DNA of 64,000 nt from Ramazzottius varieornatus (Eukaryota > Animalia > Tardigrada): assembly GCA_001949185.1 (NCBI GenBank), contig BDGG01000004.1:4676346-4740345 (forward strand). Reading direction: 5' to 3'. Below, piece after piece: positions 38,401 to 49,909 of this stretch. Numbering within the stretch: the stretch's first letter is position 1; each line of letters opens with the position of its first letter. The position numbers and the translations under genes were made by a program. Under the pieces are notes generated by a model. The model ran no database searches, had not been told where the DNA came from, and worked only from the letters and a program-made list of their open reading frames with translations.

Positions 38401-40023
38401 GCATTCAATAACCGGCTTTTCCTTCCTTCCTTCCACCATCAAGATGAAATATCAGCTTGCATGGCTGGATATCTGTCTGTCTAACCGGGCATTTAGTGGT
38501 TTGGTCACTTTCCACTCTTCAACAACAACACATTACCCATTCATTTCCCTCCGCGACCACCAACCTAAACTCTTGCACATATTTCTCTCTAGCCGACAAA
38601 CTCTTTTTTCCTTCCCGTGTTATCACTACCACGAAACGTTGTGTGTGTACTTTTTTTCGTCAAAGTTACCCTGACCGACTTTTCAACCAAGAGATAGTTG
38701 AGGAGGAGAAGGCAGGAGAGACCCACAGAGACACAGAGACACGTGAACGTATACAGTGCAAACAGTGGAGCAGTGTTTGTTCTGACAGAACAGATTATTT
38801 CCGGCTACAGTTGCATCCTCCTAATATTCGACCGCTAGCCTCAACATTGATGCTGATGATTTACCGATAAGGCACGCTTGGCAGAAAGGATTTGCTTCTT
38901 TATAGCGCAAAGAGGGGGAAAAAGTTATTATATTCTAGGTTGGAGCCGCGGTCGCGCAAGACTGGAGATTCAAGTGGCGGCTTTTCAGTTCGTTGCTACA
39001 TTCAAAAAGCCGCCATTATTCTTTCATCGGGTCCAACTCTAGATTGCAACTGTACTGTTGAAAAGCCTACAAGACGCAAAAGCCCACTTTTCCGTCTTAA
39101 AAAGCAGTGTAGTACGTTGTGCGATAATAACCCTTTTCCTGTCGCGCACTCGGGACGACGAACTGCGGCACGCGGCGCAGTCATCAGCAGAGTTCCCGAC
39201 AACAAAGACCCACTATTGATCAAAGTGCCAAAACTGGTTCTGGCAACGCCGGGCAGAAAAAAACACGCTTGGATCTCTTGCCTGTCGCTCGAGTTGGGTG
39301 AAGGCTAAAGCCGATCATAGTTAACAAAGAGGAACTTGCCGGCGAGTGCGCCACTTGATGGAGGGAGGTTGATCAGCCTGCTTAAGCTTTGATAATACAG
39401 TTGGGGGCAGTGTATCAATGCTTGATGATCAAAGCACTTTGGGGCGCCGTCGATCTACTTGCATGCCTACGAGGACCCAGTTAATAACCAGGAAGACTCT
39501 CTAATGTTGCTGTTAGCTTCGGCTTTGATCTAGCTGGAGTGCGTGCAATGTAATGATTGAAGCCTCATTGAGGAAACCAGCGGTCCCTGTAACAATTTCG
39601 CCCAACGACCTCGCTCTCCCTCATTCCCCACCAGCCACTTTGTGGACCAAACCGGGTAATCAAGCAAAAAGAGTCTAAGCCAAGGCAGCTCTCCGACCGT
39701 GGCTTGATGGAAGGAACCCTCATTAGTTCCACCACCTTTCCGTCCCGTCATTATATCACTTTATCCACTAACCAACGTCATTTTTCTAATATGCACCCTG
39801 GGAAACATTCACACTGATGAGAACGGTTCAGACCTTTTCTTCTTGTGTGACCAAAAGACAGACTTGGGTTTTACGGTATGTAAATGTGCAACTTACCGTT
39901 GTTGACTTCCACCCGGGCTTTGACGTTTTCCTGCCACATGCGGCCATCTATTCCAACGATGAGGACAAGGAGGAAGAAGGGAAGGAGAAGAAGGGCGAAG
40001 GCGGAAGAGGAAGGAAGGTCCAT
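26402..40023 (-). CDS. Sema1a: Transmembrane class-1 semaphorin (Sema-1a-like)
   Basis: Exons 39897-40023 (signal peptide MDLPSSSAFALLLLPFFLLVLIVGIDG plus RMWQENV), 31538-31649 (DYFRLL...VLIGAR), 30873-30918 (NAIYNLSL), 29541-29603, 28455-28782, 27468-28392 (SRVARIC..D.GG, YLKARLQC, GSAVC, PEPRPGSC, PSI domain CVALRDPHCAW), ~27290-27402, ~26915-26965 and 26402-26778 (TM TLAVAVVITLLLSLVAGFVIGY). Splice phases are consistent. Confidence 0.9.
29303..29351. repeat. Palindromic element core, copy 9 (semaphorin intron)
   Basis: CAAGTGGCGCAC-N25-GTGCGCCACTCG, with outer arms GGACGTGG...GAACTGA and TCAGTTC...CCACGTCC. Confidence 0.9.
31332..31380. repeat. Palindromic element core, copy 10 (semaphorin intron)
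   Basis: CAAGCGGCGCAC-N25-GTGCGCCACTTG. Confidence 0.9.
36952..37000. repeat. Palindromic element core, copy 11 (semaphorin long intron)
   Basis: CAAGTGGCGCAC-N25-GTGCGCCACTTA. Confidence 0.9.
39346..39357. repeat. Isolated half-site of the palindromic element
   Basis: GTGCGCCACTTG with no recognisable partner arm 25 nt upstream. Confidence 0.45.
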
Positions 40024-41239
40024 GGTCAAGCGTTGGCGTCACGCTTGTGTTATTCCCGTAAGGTTCGATCTACACACACCTGCAATGACAGAAAACAAAC
40101 GCCAAAGTTAGACCACGTTTGATCATTGCGCTGCTACAACAATCGAGTCGAACAACCTCGGATCAACATAAGGGTTTAGGCAGTCAAAGAATTCTTATCA
40201 ATCATGTTGTTGTTGTGGATATGGTCGAGATAAGCTCAAGCTGCATAGAAAATGAAGTATGGATATACTCCCCATGATAAAGGTACTTTCGATTTGGCAC
40301 GCTTGTAAATCTGTCTCCATCATAAAGCCTTTATAACGACTGCTGCAGTACCCTTCCAGCTCCAAACTATATGGCGTATACACAGGATGGATTGACATGC
40401 TAGACATGTAGCCCCATAAATTCTCGAAGAATAAAGAAGCTTAGCCAGTACAGCTATGGTACTGCAGGCTATGGACCTTCGGCAAAAAACATTTCTATGA
40501 AGGTATATACGCCAATTTGATTGCTTTCGAGTGTCACGAACTTGGCCAGGCATCGGGCTAGTCCTCCTCCCTTTTGCTATTTCCGGTTTGCAATCTCGAT
40601 GGGCCGATCGAAACAAAGGGGCAAGAATTAGAGTGCCTGATGACTGTTCGCCCACAGTCTGCCTTTTCCGGTTTTGTGTGGAGTCGTCAGACAATTATAA
40701 AGTGGCAAGAAAACAAATGGCGGAAAGCCACCCGTGGCGCCTCAACCACCAGTCCACCATAATGGAATAATTATAGATGGAAGGAGGTAGAGATCGAAAG
40801 ATGGAAGCTAGATTAATTCAAGCAGCCTACACATACTATCCTCTCGGTCCTCTGGCAAAGTCATCACTGTGCATATTTCAGCAGAGTGAATATCCATAAA
40901 GTTCCCTGGCGTCAGGCACGGAGGACATATTATCATAAGCTACGAAAGATGACCAGCAAGCGAAGGAGAGAAAGCCCATGGCGATGGTCAAGACTAAGCC
41001 AGAGCTGAGCTTGAGGTCGTTCATGACATGTCGAGAAATTCCTGTCTTTGTTCACCCCTCAACTTCATAATTTTCCATCTCAGCTTCTGCCATCTTTTCT
41101 TAGTGATAATCGCCCTTTCAGTCTAGCTGCACTCTCCATTATCCTCCATCCATCGTAAAATGACCTGCAGATGAGAGACCTGAATTCTTCATAAATCAAA
41201 AACGTAACTCGGTAAATGAACTCGACCAGTTCGTTTTCC

Positions 41240-41288
41240 CAAGTGGCGCACGGTACCAGCCAGTAACACTGAACATGCGCGCCACTTG
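41240..41288. repeat. Palindromic element core, copy 12
   Basis: CAAGTGGCGCAC-N25-GCGCGCCACTTG, with outer arms ACTCGACCAG...CTGGTCGAGT. Confidence 0.9.
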
Positions 41289-44200
41289 GGGCAGCGATCT
41301 GGTCGAGTACCTTTGCCATGCTCCCAAATGCTACAGTTGTGCAGCAGCACAAAATTAGCCTGCGACTACAAAATATATCAGGTCTGGTAGTCTGTGCATG
41401 GTGATGGACGTCTGGTTGATGAAAACATCTTGTGGTTGTAGGCCAACCGTCATTCTCGTCTTCACTCGCGCACCTGCACCAAACGACTATCAAGAAGAAG
41501 AAAAAATGAAAGAGCGGCCTAGATTGACGCATAGAATTTATGAATATGCATGTTATATTTGTAGACCATGTCGGCATATGATGGTCAAGCCGTGGTTATT
41601 TGCGAGTCGCTCTTCCTTTGTTGTCAATCACCATTAACACATTGGACTTGCATGGATGGACACGGGGACCGCGCCAATATGCATGGGCCAATATATATAT
41701 ACATGCGCGAGTGTTAGGGGAAGTAAAGCGAAGACACCTGTGCACACAGCCTCCATCGGTACTCGTCCTGCCTCTTCCTGTGCAGATGAAGCGCTTTGTT
41801 TCAAGCCTTCCCAACCATGCAGCGCCATTTTCGCCTGTACAGTTGTAGAGCAGACTGTTTGTGCCGAGGGGAAACAGGACAAAGGTGGACAGTGGCCACC
41901 GTTCTTCATAATCTGGCCTGGCCACATTCTTTCTAGCTTTGCTCGCCTGACTGTGCTTGCTATCCAACTTCCATCATGCCTTCTTGTCCGTCCTTCCTCG
42001 ATAGCATCACGCGTTGCCTGGCCTTTGGCCATCCATCCTGGGCTGGCGCTTATTTACGGCTACATGCGAGCTGGCCTTTCGAGTCATCCTTCCTACCTTC
42101 CTTCCATCCGCCATTACTGTGCTGTACAGCCTTCGAGACCGCGCAATCTTGTACTGTATACCTTTTGCCAAAAAGCCGCGGTAAACGCAACAACTGCTAC
42201 CTAGACTTGCCACAAAAGAAACGACGCACAATATGCAGCAATCAAGTTCAACAAAATTTCATGAATGTGGCTTGGGAATCGCGCATCGATTTTCCTTCGA
42301 AACTGCACCCAAAAAACTTACCGATTTGTTTTCACAACCAGCGATTTCTGTCAGTCGACACTCAAGCTATTAATCCACGGATAGACTTGTCGTTCCAGGG
42401 CATCTTTGCAGAGGGAATTAATGGGCACGAATGGAAAGGAAAGGCCAAGGCAGAGTAAACAGGCAGGTCCACCGGTGAAACGGGGTAGTTTGTCGACAGG
42501 ACGTCACCAATAAAAGCCAAGCAAATCAACGCACTTCCGCTGACGCACAACCGATCAACGATTCTCGATAGCTGGATATCCACGAGTCAGCGAAGAAATC
42601 CAAGGATGTCGAGGGAAGCTGTCCGATGGTAGAATTGTCTCTGAAGAATAAGCACCGACTTAAATGATTATTTTCATGAAAATGACGGCGAATGTCCAGA
42701 TAGGAAATCCACTACGGCAGAAAATGACGGCGCACACTAATGCACGCTCAGTCTGCATCTCGGCACACATGCAGGCAGCTCCACCCATAATCGGGCAACT
42801 CATCCTCATTCGTCAGCTGTACTCTACAGCGGCTAAAGAGACGTACGAGTATGCCCGGATCGCAACAGAGGGCGCTCAGAGCACAGACCGGGATGGTGGA
42901 TTGGTTCCGTTAGCCGCTATAATGCTGTTGTTTTCGCCGAACAGCGCTTTTCTAACATAACAGAAAGCGACGTTTTGCCATCACGAATGCTGCTCAAAAA
43001 ATGCCTTACTTACGTCACTTTACGTTTTTTCACGACAAAGATGGCTCCCGGTACGCAAGTGTGGGTAAAGAAAAACAGACTGTTAGTGTAACAGTTCGAG
43101 GCTTGTCCGGTTGCCGGCAGTTCGCTATGAAGATCTTTAGCCCAATTTTTTAGCAGTGAAAAAATGATGGGGAAAAACAGTAATGTTGTGACGTGCAAGC
43201 TCGAACGGCAAAACAGGCCTGAATATACCTGACGTCGCAGTCGGTCAGCATTGCTGATGGATCTGTTTGAAAACCAGTTTGCAGTTGAAATGCATTGTAC
43301 GTCCACCATTGGACCCATCAACAAGTTCATTGAATTTAAGTAAAGTCTTGGAAAACAAACTTCTTGACAGTGAATTACTACAAAGCTTTCCTGCTTCATC
43401 CCGGCTTTACATCTTCACCAGCTACCATGACTGATCTCCACCGGACGGCAATCAATGCTCAGCCTAGTCAGCTCAGCTTTGCAGCAAAATTTAAGCTTTT
43501 AACCTGTTCGATACAGATACCGCATTCGACTCATTTGTATGCAGTTCGGGGTCGTTGCCAATAGATTAGCAAATTCAATACTCTTTCCATTTGCAGTTTT
43601 AATTGACATTGTGATGGAGTAAAGGCTGTGCCGGTACTTCGAATACTAGTCCGAGTTAAACCCTAAGTATAGAGAACTGCGTAATAAAATACGTACTATT
43701 GCCCGCACCGTAGTTCAAATTCTTCGCCGCGTAAGGCGCAATCTTACACGAAAACCAGCCTGTCAGCTACGCTAGCCACTTGGTCCATTATCTTCCAGGT
43801 ACCCGAAGTATCCTATTGTGAATATTAACAGAAGACGGACCAGAGAGAAGAGCTCGCGTGAGAAAAAAATCATTTCCTCGTTGATTCGTAGTTATCCTCC
43901 GTCAGACTTCGGTGATCAGAATTATATCTTTGTCTGAATATGCCCTGTGTGAAAGAAAAGGTAATCTGCTGGTGATCAGTTGGCGGAACCATGCTGATAA
44001 ATGGCCGCACTTTTCCTACCTCTTGATCCTTGTAGGACATGTAATTTCAGCTGCGCCGAGAAAAGTGTTTTGTGGCGGCCATGAAGCGCTGGGCTACTAC
44101 TGCTTCTTCTCACTGATAATTCTCGCTCTTATATCTGTGTGCAAATCTCGAAGGTTGCGTCCAACGCTGTGGCAGGCCACGAGACGACGGTTTGCGATTT

Positions 44201-47200
44201 TTCTTGACCACATTCCACTTGGCTGCAGCATAGGACGCTTCTGTCTCAGGATGTGCTTGAGAGGCAACAAGGGTCTTCTAAGTGGTACCAGCTGGACAGT
44301 TAGTCTTGCGCTGGACGTGATGTTGAGAAAGAAACTTTTCCACCGGCCTAATCAGCAGGAACCTCTAGAACTTCGCATAACCTGTCAAGAGTCTAACCTT
44401 CGTCTTCTCGATTTGCATGGCAGATGCTACCGTACGTTATGCCATAACCGCCATGTGGAAAAAACGTTTGCATTTAGGATAGCCATCTGATAACAAAGTT
44501 TCTCCTATAGCGAGCATAATCATCTTCTTCTCTTCGGAGGTTTAAACGAACGCCTGTAAACACTACAATCAACAAAGTCTGCGCATAGGACGGACAAGAA
44601 AATATTCACGTCCAGCTAATTGGCTATTTGGAGCCGCCCAACATATGCAAAAGTGGCATAGTTCAATAAAGTCACGTTACGATCAAACCAGACCTTCGAG
44701 AATGCAGGGCGTTTCCCCTCGCAGAAAAACTACCGCACTGTCCCGCGAAGAATTCCCTTTTCTGGGCCCAATAAGACCGGAGCTCCCTCAACGACGAAAT
44801 GACAAAGTGACACGAAAAAATTGATCCCGTTAGCATATGGCACGCCTTACGATCAAGTTATAACATTACACATCGATCAGCACTGTACCGATCAGGGGAA
44901 GTAGGCTAAATGTCAAAGAAAACAAAGACACAACCACCAATGAATAAGTGTCATATCATTGCTGGCTTTTTGAAGATACTATAACGAGGCTGTCTCGTTG
45001 GACAATGAGAAAACATGTGCTCTTCTATAATTATACAGCATACACGGTAGGACGGAATGCCGGTGGTTGGAACAACGGATTTCAGCTGCATGATTCGAAT
45101 CAAAGGAAGGTATCGGAGATCCTTTTCTTTTCTGCGCGCACAATGTGATGTTCATTTTGGTTTAAAATGGGAAAATAATAGCAATTATAATGGGTACGTC
45201 GTCAGCGCACAACTTTTACGACTTCCCGCATATGCCGCTAGTCTTTCTGGCTGAGATAATTCAGTGATCCGTACCTCGCGCTCTTACATGTAGGCGTTTC
45301 TCAACCATAAAACTTTTCATCCAGCACATTGTCACGTCGGAAAATATTGTAATGCGCCCAACTCCATAATCTTGAAAGTTCACTATGCCTGGCATTGAGC
45401 GGAGGCACTTTTACATAAGCGACCTGGGAAAGTCAGATTTTGATGGGAACGAGCCAAGAACACTTTCCTAATTATGTTCGTTATCGCTGTAACATCAAGT
45501 TCAGCATGTTTTTTGGCGAAGACTTGAGCTAGCGTCGAGTTAAGAAATCTGGTCTTTTTTACCAATGCGTCTTTCAAGTCTATGCCTGCTGAATATATCA
45601 AGACCCAGCAAGATCTCTCGGCTGGAGATAGTCTCGGTCAGACAAAGCGAGAGCTTTGAATCAAGACGGCTTCGTGCTGCCCTCTATTTAACACTGTCTA
45701 GAACCGCTCTTTATACTGACAAAACTGTGGGTAGACCGACCAATGGTCAGCCTCGCAGTCAAATGCAATATTAATTTCTGGTGCACGTGCTACCCCCGAG
45801 AGAGTATGTTGCAGCATCTCCAAGCAGCACGCACCGATATGAAAAGATTAGCATCAGCAATGCAATTCCTTTTTGATGATAACCATTTGATCAACGCAAG
45901 AGAAATGCAAAATACAATGAAGCGTGAGCCTGTTTGAAATTCAGCCATACCGGTTGGAGAATCAATAGCTACTGTAGTATCCGGAACTAAATTCGACTGG
46001 GCATGGTGCAAGGAATACTGGGTCTGAATGCCGTACCTATTTCGGCCTGTCAAGAAAGCGTGGAAAGCAGCAACGTGCAAAAATGCCATCGTATACGTAA
46101 TTAATGATGCCATGAGACGGGCTTCCCGTTCGTGCAAGACAGCGAATCAAAATGTCGCCACCTCGCTGAATGTGTGAAGGTGCTCGTTGTTTCGGCGGCG
46201 CCGCTTACAAGTATGCAGTTACAGTTTATTAATGATGAGTTCTACTTACTGGCCGATTCAGTAATGTCTTGATCGAAGTGCATGGGATAGTAGCAAGTAT
46301 ATATACTGCACGGAGACCTCTTGTAGCCTTGTAACGAAGAAGTCGCCGTTTCGTTCCGGTGCTGGTCTACGTTTCCCACCTAGCTCTCGACCTAGGGGAT
46401 AGGGCCTGTATGGATAGGGTATCCTGTTTATACTGCGATCACAGTTTGCAAACCACGATGCAATCAATGACAAAAGTCGAGTCAGGCTTTAGAGAAACAG
46501 CTGTGAGAGACATGCGCCAGTGCAAGGGCACATTGTTTGCACTTCCGACGCTTCGTAATGAGATGTGACATGATAAGCGAACATTTTAATAATGCATATT
46601 CCCTCAATTAGAGGGGATCAATGTACAGCGCGTGCAGGCGAGCGCGCGACCATCATGTCACACGAACGTACAGTACGTAGCCAGAACAAGAGCATTGTAC
46701 GTAACTAAAGTCTTGTCCAGGGGGCGCTTGTTTTACTCCAGGCAGTTTTGCAATGCTCGGTGGATTGCACTCGTGTCTGATTGCCATGGACGTCCAGCCA
46801 AGGTCCAGCCCAGTGTCCAGAGTTACTGGGACTGAAATGTGGCTTGTTGTTTGCTCATCACATCCGACATCCAACTGACTGCATGGTCGGCAATTAAATC
46901 GGGATTTAGGAGTCGCCAGACCAGGGTAAACAGGGCTGGAGACGACACTCTTCTGCCAGACTAGACATCCAGATCAGACAGCAATTAATTAACTTTGTCT
47001 CTTTCCACAAAAATACCGATCGACTATTCACGAGACAGTAATTAAGCTGCCATTTCTCACTGCGAGAAGTGCATAATGTTCGAGCCAGAAGCTCCATGCC
47101 AGACCATGCGGCAGCCAGTGTAATCACATGGCATCGGGAAAACATAATTATATTAATAGTACTCGATCAGTTAGATGTCCTTGCCTCCTGGACCTTGGTG

Positions 47201-48553
47201 AAAAACACGGCTATCATTCCAGTACGAGTGTGGTTTCGCTTCGGTGACCCATGTCAGGTAAAACGGAGCCGGGAGTACCGTCAGAAAGGCAAGTAGTGAT
47301 GCACCTGAATGGCAGTATAGCTTATGGACAGATGGGACGTTAGAACAAGACCAACTAGATACAGCTGTAGCTAGTTGGTCCTGGTTAGAGTTCGAATGCT
47401 ACAACCACGCACCTCCTTGGGAACACGATATGTATGGGAAGAATAATCAAGATTGCATTTTCCGTTACGGTCAAGGTTGGGAAAGATGAGTAGAAGCTCG
47501 CACGCTATGTGGATTCGGTATGGAATTGTTGTTCCAGTGACTGGACAGTAATTCATGCAGAAGCATTTCCCGCATCGTACATGCTGAGAGCAAAGGTGCC
47601 GACTCTGAATCTTAAGTTACCGGCATACGTCGTCAGGGTATCTAAGATATCGTACAAGTGTGTGCGTGAATAAAAGGAACGGTCGCCTGTTTTTTTTACT
47701 GGAACTTAAATCGAGACAAGTAGAGCTTTCTCCAATGTGTTTTGTGAGGAACACCAGCCGTTTTCGAAAGTAATGGATTGTAGTGTTGATTGTAGAACGA
47801 AGTCTTCTCTTCAAGTTCGAGCCGAAACTACATGTGCGTCGCAATGCGAGGGGCGCCCTCTGCCTCTCATCCTGCATGCACCTACTGGGCAGATGGCGCT
47901 TTCTCGAGAACGAAGACAGGCATGGACTGAAGCGTATCAACTTCGGAGGTCGGATTGTTTTTGGCGAAGTCCCTCTTACGACGAAGTTTACTCTCAAGCA
48001 GTGCCAATCATTCAATGTGGGAGTTGGGTTCTGGGTACGATGAAGCCAGAAAACCCAAGAACCCAAGAAAGACCATTGCCTTCTTCGCAGAAATGCTGCT
48101 CAACCACACTGCTGATAAAGCTGAACGGTATGTGCACCGCGGACAGCTTTTCTGAAAACTCGTTTTTCGCGGACTACCGTGGGCCACCTAGTCCGCGAAC
48201 CCCGGGTTCCAATGGTTCGAATGGTTTGCTGACAGCATCACACCTGGTCTTTTGCCAGACGAAGGCTTTCCTACGTGACCGGGTGGCAAAGGGATTGGAT
48301 TATTCCGTTCAAGGGCGTGGTACAGTACATTACGTGATTTCTAGTTTACGTTAAGGATTCGCATTCCGCCTGACCTTCTCCCTGGAACGGAATTCGGAGC
48401 GGAATTCCGAATTCCGTTCCGTTCCGTTCCTATTTTCCGTTTTCCAATACAGCCAGACCACAGATCGGAATTCCAAAACTGCAGTATAGAAGGCGAAAAG
48501 CCAGCCGGAAGCTCGGCTTGGCCCCGGCTGACAAGCTCTTCAGGATGGTTTCC

Positions 48554-48602
48554 CAAGTGAAGCATGCTTTCAACCAGTCACAATCAAAATCTGCGCCACT
48601 TG
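48554..48602. repeat. Palindromic element core, copy 13 (degenerate)
   Basis: CAAGTGAAGCAT-N25-CTGCGCCACTTG. Confidence 0.75.
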
Positions 48603-49646
48603 GAAAAACCTACCCAGGCAATTTCCAGCCCACGGCAGCAAAACGTACCACGTGGCGTGGAAATAATAGCCATCCGGCGCAGTTCACCTGATCAGCGGTA
48701 CGGACATGAGGTCACGTCATCAAGATTTCCCTTCCCGAGTCGAGAATTATTCCTTGTTCTTAAGTGTTTTGCCTCGAAGTTCGTACCATATTCTGGCTGC
48801 CTCTGTAAAGCTCAGCTCAACGAAAGCAGCATTTCTGAATTCTCAAAGCTTATCTCGTTGATGGTGAATGTGACGAAAGCGTCAAAGGCGGACAATTTTT
48901 GTCTCTGTAACGGGAGAAGATGCAAGTGTGAAGAAGACATTCGGATACTTTTCTGGTCAGCATAGGCCAGTCTAAAACATACTGAGATATGTTTCGGAAC
49001 GACGCACACCAAAACCGACAACAGATGAAGAGTATCCTGAAAGTTTTCTCGTAGGTTGTGAAGGCACCAAGGTCGGACCGCCGCGAACGATTTCCGTGTC
49101 CACAACGGGTAACGACGCAAGCAGGAAGCAAGCATTCTGAAACCTTCTCTGGCTGGAGCACACGGCAAGGCCATCAGAAATAGGTTTTGTTTTGGTACGA
49201 AGGGTTTTAAAAACCGATGAAGGAGAAGAGAGGCTGTGAACGGAACTACGGAAGCAAGCCATGTTTGTGCTGTGCCTTTGGAATTCGGTTGATTGTCTTA
49301 ACTTTTGACTGATTGGACTTTTGTAGAGCCCCCCCCCGCCCCCCTACATTGATCGAGCGCCGCTCTACCGTTAGTATGGCTGACTATTCCATTCTTCTTC
49401 AGTTTCACAATTTGCTCGTTGTTTTTTATGTTAAATCTATATCTTGTTCTACATGTTTGTTGATGCAAGATCATTGTCAGAAACCAAGGGAAGAAAGATG
49501 GCTAATGTAATGGAGAAGAAAGTCGTTCGAATGAACAAGACGGCGGCGACCAGCGATGGTTCCGATAGCGACGCTTAGTTGTCAGCCGCGCTGTCCGGCC
49601 GGCCACGATTTTTCCCCTCATCCTCTGGTAACAAGGCCAAACAAAG

Positions 49647-49909
49647 CAGTGTTATTTTACTATGCAATTAAAATTATTAAAAGTCACGTGCTAATGTTAA
49701 GTCTACGTGATCAGCTGACTGCAAGTAAAATCAATTATCGCTGACGAATTTCAATTATTAAAATTAAAATTCGATTTCCTATTGTGGATCAAACAATCAA
49801 GCGAACACCAATCCGCACAACTAAAACGATTTTAATTATTAAAATTAATTATTAAAACGATTTTAATTATTAAAATCGATTTCCTATCATAATGATTAAA
49901 ATAACACTG
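49647..49909. mobile_element. Non-autonomous hAT-type MITE (copy B)
   Basis: Perfect 13-bp TIRs CAGTGTTATTTTA and TAAAATAACACTG, and a perfect 8-bp TSD AAACAAAG (49639-49646 and 49910-49917). AT-rich with internal TTAAAA repeats and no ORF. Confidence 0.9.

Noticed and set aside
1331-48602. Palindromic repeats with constant-length spacers read as a CRISPR array or bacterial REP/attC system
   Set aside because: The copies are dispersed kilobases apart in spliceosomal introns of a eukaryote, the spacers are homologous to each other, and there is no cas, integrase or transposase gene in the window.
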